Shown in pieces: positions 42,501 through 54,300 of a DNA stretch of 64,000 nucleotides; the first letter of the stretch is position 1; every line of letters begins with the position of its first letter. The stretch covers positions 372,001-436,000 of the forward strand of contig JAQGDQ010002377.1 of the NCBI GenBank assembly GCA_030141605.1, read 5' to 3'. The translations under genes and the position numbers were made by a program. Origin of the DNA: Tubiluchus corallicola. Lineage: Eukaryota; Animalia; Priapulida. The notes beneath the pieces were generated by a model that saw only the letters and a program-made list of their open reading frames with translations, had not been told where the DNA came from and did not search any database.

Positions 42501-45500
42501 CTCTGATTTTCTTTAATAAACTTCAGTATATTAGCTCAAAAGTCATTGTAATAATAATAGCAATTTATTTCCTTAATACTCATGGTACAGTTCAACCAAT
42601 TATGAAGTTGAAGTTTCCAATTGCTGCTTAAAAACAATTATCGTGATTGACAGTTTGTTTCAAAATGCAGACTCACACGAGTTACTCATGCATTCCCTTT
42701 TTTACCAGAAATTCAACTGATCAAAATTTGCATATACAACCTTTAATTCCTCTTGAGAAAAAGTGACAGTGCTGCTGCAGCTGCTGGCATCGACTATGGC
42801 ACTGCTCAAGCCTTGTTTCATTACTTGCCGCTGATAAATCTTTTCTTCTATGGTGCCCTGTATAAGACAAAATAACTAACACACCTGCAAATAAATATGT
42901 AATGCAACAGTAACATTGGTTAATACATATAGACAGCTAGGTAACAGAACCATCTCAAAACAGTATTGTAGGCCCCCAGAAAAGCAGTGTATTGGGACCC
43001 CCTACCTACACAACCATTCTGGAACAAAAATGTAAATGTCGATAAAATTAAACATATATTTATTGTATTGGTACTTCCAGTATAGTATAGTATAGCTTAG
43101 CATAGTATTTATTTATTGACAGCAAATCACAACATTCATAGATTAGCATGGGCCCGATGCACATCGAGTCCCGGGGCAACTGCCCAGCATGCCCATGCAT
43201 TAGAGATGCCTCTGCCATGCAAGGCTAATAGTACAACAGTTAAAGGTCTACATTTACTAGGAAGTGAAATGTGAAAGCAGGTTTAGAGAAAACAGAATTC
43301 CTACAATTAAGCTGTTACCGAATTGAAATATTTTATAACATATTTTCCTGAAGCAAAAGGTACAATGTAAGTACTGCCAACAAGTTGTTGGCATTTAGCA
43401 ACCAACAAACAAGGATCGTGAATGCATCTTCTCAAGCGGAGCAATAAGCGGCTTCATGTAACAATAAACCTTCGTTGTACAAAAGACTGCAGATCCCAAG
43501 TCAGATGTCACTAGAATGGTTATTTGCAATCTGCCAAGTGCTTTACAGTAAAAAAGACAATGACACCATCCCAGACACGGACTCCATAAGTGGTCCAATG
43601 GTTGAACTGCGCAGATAGAGTACAGTATCAGGAATTAGGTCTTTACAAGTGAGAACAGGCATATTCCAAGTTTTTTCACGTACTCCCAGCCACTAATGTG
43701 AGCTACTTTTCTTGTCTAAGAGTCACACCACAAGTTGAAAAAGTGCAAGGAAAAGATTGGAAGATTCATCTAGTAATACAACATCTACATTCATCAAGAT
43801 TAAGATTATGACAGAGGTTCGGCAAAACGTTTGTCAGTAATACGGTCATGTATTTGAGTGGGCCGGCTGACACTTTAAATGAGATCCTGACCTCCCCAGA
43901 CAATGTGATACTTGCTGAAAGACGATGTGATCAACCTGACAAGACGTTGTCCAGGACATGTGGGTCTCCCGCTATGATTCATCACAATTCAAATCAACAA
44001 CTCTTATGCATATAAAAAGCTAACAGTGCATTTCTGTAACTATCTACATAGTAGATGACAATGAGTGCAAGTTTTCTTGAACAGCTTGAACCACTTTCTG
44101 TCTGCAGAAGCAGAGAGTGGAGTCCTTTTGTTAGACATGTACAATTGTGCAGGCATTAGTATCCACATCATTTTACATCATTCAGTCAATTATAGGCATG
44201 ACATCAATACCATGGGACACTTCCAGCACCTGTGCCATAGTGGCCAGTATGCTGTGGATGCCTGTAATAAGCAGCATGCTAGGGTTCCCCGTTTGTGCAT
44301 GGTTAGTATGCATTATCATAATCTATAATTACATAATAATTCATAGGTTTTTGTTACTATTTTTACTAGGTGGCATTTAGCTAGCATGGCACATTACTGG
44401 GAAAGGGGAGACCAGAAAAGAAAAGCAGCAACCGCTACCTGCCAATTTCATGTGACGGGCAAATGATCCAAAAACTGTATCTAAACTAATTGCGTTATGG
44501 TTAGTAAATAAAACGATATTGTAGAAGAAAACACCTAAAAATGATTCAATCCAATTCTAAGAATAAAATTGCTTTTAAAAGACAGTAATAAAATACCACT
44601 GTGAGCAGACGATATATGTGCACTGTTCTTTTCTGTCCATCTCGCCATACACGAGCCATGGCCTGCAGGTCATTGGCCGGATTCCAGTCAATGTCGTAGA
44701 GAATAAGCCTCGAAGCTCCGATCAGGTTTAATCCTTGTCCGCCAGCTTTGCAGCTTAGTAAGAATACAGCTAGAATGCGAATACAACAGAATTTAATTAA
44801 TAATTTATGCAAGTCATGGATCGAACTCATCGTTGACAAAGATATCAAGCAGTTTCTTCTAGTATTAGTATTTATAAAATTTCATGTCCATAAGCTTAAA
44901 TAATGATGCCAAATTTAGGTGTGTTTGAAGTGACATATACCAACAAAATTACCACCTTTTTAGCCATTTCTAAATATGAGCAAGAATGCAAAACCAAACT
45001 ACATCACGATTTCACTAACCACATAAACAACTAAAACTCTACATACTTTCTGAAGCGTTCCTGTTGTTAAACTGATCTACCAGTTCTTGCCGTCTACTGG
45101 AAGGTGTTGTCCCATCCAGTCTCAAGTAACGATAATTGCTTTTAACGCACACTTCTTGTAAAATATCTAACGTCTAAAAACATTAACCACTTGATTACAA
45201 ATACATTTCAACTGCATCGATGTACAACAAATTTAGGACGAGGTTTCTCAGGAATTTACAAAATAAACAATTTAGTGGTTGTAGTTTACAAATAGTGGTA
45301 ACTTTTAACACAATTTAATTACGGTGTAACAATTAATACTCATAGTATATAGTATAATAATAAGTGCTATTAATACAATTATGAATGCATGTTTAAACTT
45401 TATTGCATTTTCTTTATGGCATATTCAGACGTCGAGACTTCTCCCGCAACTTCTCTCTGAGAGTACGCCACACGTGTGAATGGTTGGCAACTTTTCTTGC

Positions 45501-45812
45501 AGCTTATTGCAAACCCAGAAGGAAAAGAGAAAAGTTGCACAGCAAGTTGCGAGAGAAGTTGCCAAACCACTCACACCTGCAACTACTCTCAGACAGAAGT
45601 TGCGCAGCAAATTGCGAGATTAGTCTCTACGTCTGAACGTGCCAGTAGCATACCTCAGTATAATTTGAAACAACAACAGATTTCTCTACATTTTTGTTTG
45701 TTGCATGAAAAGAGTACAGCAAGCTAGATAACACAAGGAGTTTCCCTGAATGTTCTGCCAGTGACACGTGCTCTCCAGAAAACAATGACAGTATATCGTC
45801 AAAAAGGCACAA
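39533..45812 (-). CDS. RAD54B: DNA repair/recombination SNF2-family ATPase RAD54B, 3' part only. Exons 45654-45812, 45047-45173, 44597-44769, 42741-42857, 42081-42281, 39533-39607
   Basis: [12 protein letters not shown]...[17 protein letters not shown]...LRLDGTTP...[46 protein letters not shown]...[11 protein letters not shown]...FSQEELKDLFTL...CATHDLL...[12 protein letters not shown]...[14 protein letters not shown] and LSMxQLxxWxH favour RAD54B over RAD54L. GT-AG introns with consistent phases; 5' exons not seen. Confidence 0.92.
40368..40570. repeat. Near-perfect tandem duplication of ~100 bp
   Basis: actgaacggcaaccata...ctaattgcaccaggc occurs at 40368-40466 and 40472-40570. Confidence 0.9.
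40756..41760 (+). mobile_element. DNA transposon relic: putative left end plus frameshifted Cys-rich transposase-like N-terminus
   Basis: TTAA-GAACGCGTCC end, then caagATGGCGGCC start giving [12 protein letters not shown]...KCG...P...LLACTKD..AHL, and after a frameshift [12 protein letters not shown]. Family assignment is from recall only. Confidence 0.4.
42945..43214. mobile_element. hAT-like MITE
   Basis: Ends CAGAACCATCTC / GAGATGCCTCTG with GGGCCC-type subterminal motifs; TSD is degenerate. Confidence 0.55.
45417..45644. mobile_element. Palindromic MITE (PIF/Harbinger-like)
   Basis: Long imperfect inverted repeat TGGCATATTCAGACGTCGAGACT...AGTCTCTACGTCTGAACGTGCCA, flanked by TTA/GTA. Confidence 0.7.
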
Positions 45813-46559
45813 CTGTATGGAATAACAGACAGCCAAAATTAATATGCCATAAGAGTAATAAAACATAAGTTACATGCAGAAATTTAGTACAGTTAACTGT
45901 GCATGCTTGCACAGACAACAGTAATCAGAAAAATAAGGATTTTGATCAAGAAGTTGATTGACTAAGATACTAAGCTGGCGAATTCAGACTCAATTTGTGA
46001 AAGGAAATTTATCTTTTTTGAGAGGGATTACAATATTTTGTTTACGTACAGTATGTAGATTTAACAGTACTGCTAATTTACAACAGCTAGTGTTCTTGTT
46101 GGTAAGACAAAGTTAGTTTCAATTGTAGAAAAGTCATGTTCAAGACTACAGAATGTAAAATACCAAAAGCAAAATCAACATCAGAAATCAAAATTTTATA
46201 AGACATAGACAATTTATTTTTCTTCTCTTAAGCATAATGCAACAAATCAACAATTGACTGGATGTATGTTCCTTCCATTTCAGGACTGTGAATTTATAAC
46301 GATATCATTTTGAAGTAACTTTAAAAAAAATAAAATCTATAATACTAACTAACATGTACCTAATAATAGGCCCAGATCTATAATAAAGTCACAGGAAAAA
46401 AGTCACGGAAAAAGCCACAGTTCTGGCTAAGGTCAGGGTTAGGGTTATTTTTTTTCCAATGCATTTTGTCAGCAACTTTTTTACCTGGGATCAGATAACC
46501 AGTAATGATAGTAATGCTAGTTGTTACAGTAGTCAGCTATAAGACTAGATCTTAACTTT

Positions 46560-47205
46560 AATAATGTTTATATTTTAGATTACGATAGGAAGCAGTTTTC
46601 ATATCACTGGGAAGGCTATTCCACAAAATAGACCCTGGAATTTCAGTGACCTGTCTCAAATTTGTGTTGAAACGTTCTATGTCATAATTGCTGCTGCTTG
46701 CAAATCTAGAGTTGTAATCATGTGTTGTGTCTATAGAGTGATAGTAATAAGAAAACAGTACTGGATGAGTGTTATGTTTGAATCTGTAAACAAAATTGTT
46801 TAATTCTAATTTATGTATGTTTTAGTTTTAGCAGGTTTAATTCATAACACAACGATGTAACATGAGCTCTTCTACTGGCAAATGTCATTAATTAAATAAA
46901 TTTATTTTGATTGATTGTAAGGGGTTTCAAAGCTGAATTAGGGGCAATGCCATGAACAGTCAGAAATGAGTTTCATTGTATCTTTATTGATATTATGCCC
47001 AATTTAAAAAAAGACATTCCATTAATTTTGCTTATTTTGCTGTTAACATGTTGGAATGGGAATGCCATGCCAATTAATAGTCAATTATTATTCCCAAGTG
47101 TTGTTCCTATATCTGTAATTGTCATGTGGCCTAAAACCAATTATTGCACCAAAATAATTGAGATTCTTTTATCATTTGTCTGGGAATAGTTTGTTCATCT
47201 AGCCC
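46560..47205 (-). mobile_element. CR1-group LINE 3' fragment
   Basis: Minus-strand LGIIID..LAW.. and FVYRFKHNTHP...HDYNSRFA...GSILWNSLPSDMK motifs, interrupted. Confidence 0.7.
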
Positions 47206-47957
47206 TGTGTTTAGCTACAACTCTGGCAAAGATGTAGTAATCGGTAATTTATGCTACGTATCGTCCATTGTTAAAGATCCAACATGCCAGATAATACAGA
47301 AACAATTTGTATAACGACTATAACACAAAGCATGGTAAATGAGCAAGCATTCAGTAACTCAGCGAGCGTCTGCTTGTACAGTGAATGAGGCGCATGCGCA
47401 TTTTTCCCACGATCTTGTGCTGATAGGCAAGCCTGTTCGAGTGCTTGTTGCTGGAGCTGATGTACAAAGGAAAAGTACGGCAGAAAATATTGCCCTCAAC
47501 GCGAAGCACAATGTAGCAATGAATGATTTCAGTGAATTAGTTGAGGAACGTACTGATCATTACAAAACGAATCGGAGAATCATCATGTGAAAGAAATTGC
47601 CACAAATACCTTCAGTAATGCAAGTTATGAAGATTACGAACCGGCTGTGCCGAGGAGCTTAATGAATGGAAAGCAGTTCAAACGCAATTCGATACTCGGG
47701 TAAGACGTATTACAAACATATTCGCTCCGCCATATTGACCCCATACTAATGCGATAAATTAGTTAAGGACTGCAATTAGAAACGTTTTTTCCAATAACAA
47801 GAAACGTCTTATGATACAACAAAAAATTGCTATACGGGAAGAATGTAGCAACATAGTTTATGAGACATTGAGTTTAATTTAATAAATGTACCGGCAGTCC
47901 ATAAATGCAAGTACATTTTTGGTGGGGAGGGGGTTTGAATCTCTCCAAACTTAGATC

Positions 47958-48176
47958 GTGAGAAACAATTTTAAGTTGAGTGTAAGAGTGAAGTCATGTG
48001 AAAGAAGCTTTTCAAAGCTTAAACAAACCAAAAACTGCTTGCGATCCACAATGGAACAGTCAAAGCTATCTGATCTTTCGGTTTTATCTGTTAAAATTGA
48101 CTTAGCAAAAGTAATTGATTTTGATGAAGTAATTGACAACTTTGCAGCAGTGAAATCCAGGAATGGAAAGTTCTGA
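47958..48176 (+). mobile_element. hAT transposase C-terminal dimerisation domain fragment
   Basis: SCERSFSKLKQTKNCLRSTMEQSKLSDLSVLSV...IDFDEVIDNFAAVKSR motif. Confidence 0.85.
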
Positions 48177-48544
48177 TTGCTGACATAAATTATAATTAGT
48201 AAAATACTGAACTGTTTGTGTTTTAATGCCAGTTTCTTTTGATACTTCAACTAAGAAGTGTATTTTCATATGATTAAAAGTGCTGCTTCAATGTGCAAAT
48301 ATATCATAAAAATTAAAAATATTAAGTTTTCAATTTAAAATAAACATTGTCAGTATACTAATGTGTGCTTAGCACTTTAACTCAGTAGGATGGAAAATAA
48401 AGTGATGTTGTCTAGATGATGTTTCTCCTAATCGCCATGCAGCAAGTACTAGCTATGCACATAAGATCATACTAAAGGATACAGTATATAAGCTCCAATG
48501 CACGTTTGATACCATGAGTACTGCACCGAATGACACCAACCTTG

Positions 48545-48666
48545 TGGTTGCCAGATTAGAAAATTAGAAATATGGGACACTCTTATAATCTCTTTCCATA
48601 CACACACATATATAATATAAGAGATTATAAGTGTCCCATATTTCTAATTTTCTAATCTGGCAACCA
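48545..48666. repeat. Short fold-back element: ~47-bp near-perfect inverted repeats with a ~26-bp spacer
   Basis: tggttgccagattagaaaattagaaatatgggacac(tc)ttataatctct followed by its reverse complement. Confidence 0.85.
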
Positions 48667-49491
48667 TAGGGCAACTGTATATATATATATATAGACATAA
48701 ATTTAAACACGCCTAACACCCAGATCAATATATTATATAAAAGTAGAGACATAAGTTAAAAACATTAAGCAGGGATTTTAATGGGTTATGAGGAAAACAA
48801 AAGTAAAATCATTTGAAAATATTTATTTAATACCGAAAATGGAGAAATATTATGATTATTTAATAATTACATTTGGGATATTTTCATCAAAAGGATCTGA
48901 GAAAAGAAAATACAATTATTCATAAAGTTACTAGTAAGAACCCGTAAGAAGGTAGTAAAAATGCATTTTTATCACGAAATTTGAAAATGAACTAAATACG
49001 CCACGGGGGACAAAATTATCAAATATGGGACATGTCCTGTATATAAGGGACGTCCAGCAACCCTAACCCTAGCGAAGCCCCTGTTCACCAGACAGGCACA
49101 CCTTAGACGTAGATATTTTTCTTCTCCGTCAGTATATGATTAAATTATTCGTGAGGCAAACAAATAATAAATTTATTTAGGAGATGGGCTAGGAAAGAGC
49201 TCAATGAACAACTTTTAGCTCCTTTGATGATTTTCAAAATTTATAGTAATTCTTTTCAATGGAAGGCATCTGTTACATAATAGCAAAATGTTTACTACAA
49301 CAATGTTGTGAGATACATAAGTTATTAATAACATCCTAGCATTTTAGGAATAACTCATCATTTAAATTTTTGACAGGACAAAGTTTATAGGCTTCAAAGT
49401 AAAATATCCTCTAAAATCTAATAAATCTTAACAATTTTATGCATACTAAAACTGCTGTGATGCCCAGGTATTGCCTTTTCCACAGTTTTTG

Positions 49492-49578
49492 TGTGGCACT
49501 CCAGCACTCAGCCTTGGCTTATTTAATACCAGTGATTGTGGCACACCAGTACTCAGCCCTGGCTTATTTAATACCGGC
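49492..49578. repeat. Short tandem duplication (~45 bp)
   Basis: tgtggcac.ccag.actcagcc.tggcttatttaatacc occurs twice. Confidence 0.8.
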
Positions 49579-51343
49579 GGTTGTGACAGGATCTGGCAAA
49601 GGATTCTGTGATAATCAGGAATTATCAAGGATAATCCTTTAGATGAAACAGTGAATTGGCAGAAGTGTCTCAGCCCGGTTGGGAAGATGAATACACTCCC
49701 TGAAGGAGATAAGCAGCCCGAATCAGTGTAGTAAGTGAAACAGTTTAAAGTTCATATAGAATCCAGTGGTCATCTATATCGCATTCACTGACCAGTGCTA
49801 GGTTGCGGAGTTGAGCCTAAAAGCACATCAATGTGGGTTCCTGATTGATGAAAGTCGACCCCAAACCTGACTCTTGAGGCCTGACTCCCAGAAGTTCTTA
49901 AAATTTTGATTTTTGAGGCATTTTATTAACCAGACTCAAACCATTAGATGATAGATATTATATTATGAACCTTAAGTAAAGGTACTGCTTAATATTTATG
50001 TTTAAGGCAGGAGTATTTTATTATCAACAGACTGTGGCTTTTCTTTACCTGAAGATCTAATCAGCAAAACATTAGAACCAATGGAATTTTAAATGCATTG
50101 TTTTAAGCTGCAGACCCTGCATTGATCAGCTTCAGTATTGTTTAATTTTACTTATCTAAGCATATGCCATTATAATTCGGCTATCACCCTTGCCACAGAG
50201 ATACTAAAAAGTATTATTATACTGTATTAATAGCATGTAATTATATAAAAATAACTTCCTGAAGTTTTTCTAGACAATAAAAGAGTAGCTATAAATTGTT
50301 GATATTATGATTTATAAATTATTGAACATGTTTTATTTGTTTTGACTTAAAGATTTGAAAGACATGGGGAAGCATTTTGCAATTTTTTAACTCATTATCA
50401 TTGAATATTAGAGCTACATTTATAGCCGAATGACTGTTATAAGTCTGTTGCTACTAAGCTTTAATTATCTGACTTTTTTGGTGAAACAGTTGTCTTAGCT
50501 ATCAAAACTGACTAATTTGTTGCTAAAATAGAACATGTGACAGCAATTTTTGCAAAAAGTTAAAAGTCAAATGAAAACTAACATGAGAAAACGAATAATT
50601 TTTAAGAACAAGAAACAAAGCCATTAGAAGTGCTATTTAGTACACCGCTGTGCGCTATCTTCCGATATGATTTATTGAAGACATTTTATTTTGTTTTCCA
50701 AACTCTTAGCATCGACTAAGCACGGCATCGAATTGCACCAAGGAAATTCTGTCCTTTTGTCCGTTATGCTACAGATTTTGTTATGTTACTTTTGTTTTCT
50801 ATATTATTGTGTTATGGTTTTGAAGTAGTTTTGCAAGGTTGTCTCTCATACCAGTTCAGTTCTTTGGTGTCTTGATCATCTTAGGCGTGTATTTTTTGTT
50901 GCCTCAGATGTGAGATATCAAAAGCCGACAATATACCTTTAGTCTGTTCCCGCAAAATTCAGTTACTTTTTTAGTCACTTTTCGATTTATACATGCCCAT
51001 TAAAAAATTTTACGAAACGAAATTGTGTAAATACATGGCAACAATTTCAAAATAGAAAGCATGAATTTTTTTTACTCGAGAGAGGTACTCTGACTTTTCA
51101 GACTCAGAAATAAACACTTGTACTTCAATTACTTGTGTTGGATAAGTAATCCATGTTGTTTATGTTGGGAATTAGGGTTATGATTCTATTTAATTTTACT
51201 GTAGCATTATTCTTCGAGAAAAATCATTATTTAATGTTTTTAATCTCGAATTTTATATTAGTTAAAGTTAACGTTTTATTCACAGGTGAACAATTTGATG
51301 CTAGGAAAGCAAGTGAATAGTCTGCACAATCCCTTGTTCAATC

Positions 51344-54300
51344 ATGAATGCTTATGAAATGAACGAAGAGCTGCAAGCTGCCATTGAACAGTTAGAACTT
51401 GAGCAAATCGATCTGTGTGGAGAGCAGGCTGGCGAAAGCTCTATTTCAGAACTGGTTTATACTAACAGCATCAAAAATATTACTAGCAGCGTAACAGATG
51501 TGGGCTCAGTACAGCAGCAGCAAGCAGGCAGTCAGACTCGTTCAGCTGTGACTCATGCTACGTATCAGCAGCAGGCTCTATCCAGAATAAATGAGTTTAA
51601 TGTCAGCCTTGAGCTTATGAATACAGCCTGCGTTGATAGTAGAGATGGTTTGTGTGCGCTGGGTACCGGGACCGCTGTAAAAGATTTTGTCACTTTGGAC
51701 GAATTCCAAGCTCTGCAGCAGAATCAAATGAAAGAATCATTTTCTGCTAGTGGGTTACTAGAGAGTTTAAACAATAATGAAATAACTAATGGTACACCAG
51801 AGCATTTAGACAATAATGAAAATGTTTTTGACACTCTACAGAGTGAAGGGTACATTGAAACTGCTATTGATTCATTAGGGACATTAGAGAATAACGACGT
51901 TGCTGTGACTATTGGCAGCAATGCATTAGATATAAATCTACTGCCGTTCAGCCAGCAAGACTCAGATCATTCGTTGTCTAGGCAACAACACACTACTTCA
52001 CAAAAAGTAGAAATCAATAAGCAATATGAATTGGATCTGCCCATAGAAGATGTTACGGAGCAACGTCTTGCTAGTGATGTTACCAAGCAGATGTGCAGTG
52101 ATTATGGTATTGATGTGAAATTCAGTGTGGAAAATTTTACAAGTATGCCTGTAAATAATCAGGATAATGACTTGAATCGTGATATAGATGATTCTGATTC
52201 TGATTCTTCAGATTCAGATTCTAATTCTGACGACTTTGATAATCAGGACAGTATTCAGAATTCAGTTGCTCCTTTAAATGAAAAAACTTCTGATAGCATA
52301 ATTAATGGTTCGGTTTTCGAACGCAATGAAGCTAAAGTGATAAGTGGTTTTCCCATTAGTCTAAACAGTGATAATGTTGAACAATTACAAGTAGAATGTA
52401 AAATCACAAATTCTCCAGTAAATATTGAAGAATGTCAAAAATACACAATAGAAAATTCCTGTAAGACGATCTTATTCAAAACTGATGAACAGTGTGAATG
52501 TCTCGACTGTGGTGCATCACTGAGTAATCTTCTGAGTTCACAAGAACATCTTGGATTAATGACAGCCGTTGTGAAGTTGTGTACATGCTTACAGGAAGGT
52601 AGAAAATGTTTACATTATGCAAATGAAGTAAGCACCTCTAAGTTACATGTGAGTGAACTATACAGTTGTCATATGTGTGAAATAACTTTTCACAGACTGT
52701 CTGCATTAACAAATCACATGGTTATGAAACATAATGATGAGGACTCAACTGACAATCAAAGTGTTGCTGCTAATTACATACAACCACCTGCTAGTTTGCA
52801 AAAGACCCATAAATGTGGAATTTGTCCAGCTTCATTTTCCAATGTTTTTAATTTGCAAAAGCATGGTAGAGTTGTTCATAGTGCAATACCAAAACAGTAT
52901 CGATGTACTAAATGTACTGCTTCTTTTCAAGCCTTGAAGAATTTAACATTACATCTTCGGCTTCACGAAAATGAGCAGCAGTCATTTGAGTCTCAGCGAA
53001 TAGATAAAATAGCGACAAAAACCCCAACAGCAGGAACTGATGAAGCCAGTAAGCCTGATCAAGCTAGTAAGCCTGACAGTATTGACAAAATACCAGTGAA
53101 TGGCATTAAGAAGGCTGGGAATACAGATGAGAAATCAATAAAGTGTAGAATGTGCCCGGCTGCATTTAAACATACAGCAAGCCTTAAAAGGCACATACAA
53201 ATCACTCATAACAAGATAAAAATGTATTCATGCAAACTCTGCCCAGCTAGATTTGGAGTTAAATCAACAGTTAAAAAACATATGAGTGATGTGCATGGGG
53301 GTGTGCCTAAAAAGTATAAATGTCAACATTGTACTGCTTCATACAGAGCCCTGAAGAATTTGCAGCGGCACATGAAACTTCATATTGCTAAATTACAGCC
53401 TGTACAGGAAAAAAAGAAAAACCAGTACCTCTGTTTTTTGTGTAGCACAAGATGTTCATCAGCGGATGTTCTTAAAGAACATATTAAAACCCACTCTGAG
53501 ACGAAAGAGCCAACGGCAGATATAACAACTACACCAAGAAAAGCACTTCTGAAGATATTTAAGTGTAATGTCTGCTCAGTTAGTTTTCACAGTCGACTAG
53601 ACAGGGATGTGCATTTGCAAACTGCTCATGAGAAGGCAAAATCAACACCTGAGCAACAAAACAGTAGCTTGGATTCCAGTATATGCAGGGTATGCAAAAA
53701 CAGTTTTAATTCTAAAGCTCTCTTGGACCAGCACATGAAGCAGTATAAGAAGCTGTATGAGTGTAATGCTTGCCCTGCTATGTTCAAAGTATCCACTAAC
53801 AGAAATAAACACGTGAATAATGTGCATTCTGGTGCATTAAAGGCTTTCCGATGCGATGTTTGTGGAGGTGGATTTCACAGAGAATATAGCTTGCAAAGCC
53901 ACATGCTACTGCATAATCAAGCCCACAAAGAGCAATATAAGTGTGATAAGTGTGATTTCAATTGTAATTCGTCAGAACAGCTGAAGACTCATATCATTTG
54001 CAAGCATTCAGTAACTGCACAAAGTCCTGGAATTATCATAATGGACACTCCAACTGTAAGCCTGCAAAAAATCAAAGTAGAAGATTCACATGCCGAGGCT
54101 ATTACTATTCAGGAGTCTGCAGACATGGATTTTTGTGAAGATATGGAGCACTGTTGTGACATTTGTGGAAAGTTTTTCATGAAAGAGTCAGAGTTACTAG
54201 TACATGAAAAAGTACACATGGCACTAAAACCTTATAAATGTGGAATTTGTGGTCTAGACTTTTGTGACATGAGTACACTTGACATCCACCAAACATCACA

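Noticed and set aside
48490-48508. Minus-strand TCIGA peptide resembling RAD54B ICIGAL
   Set aside because: Not followed by LKKLCNHP and the frame closes quickly; chance match.
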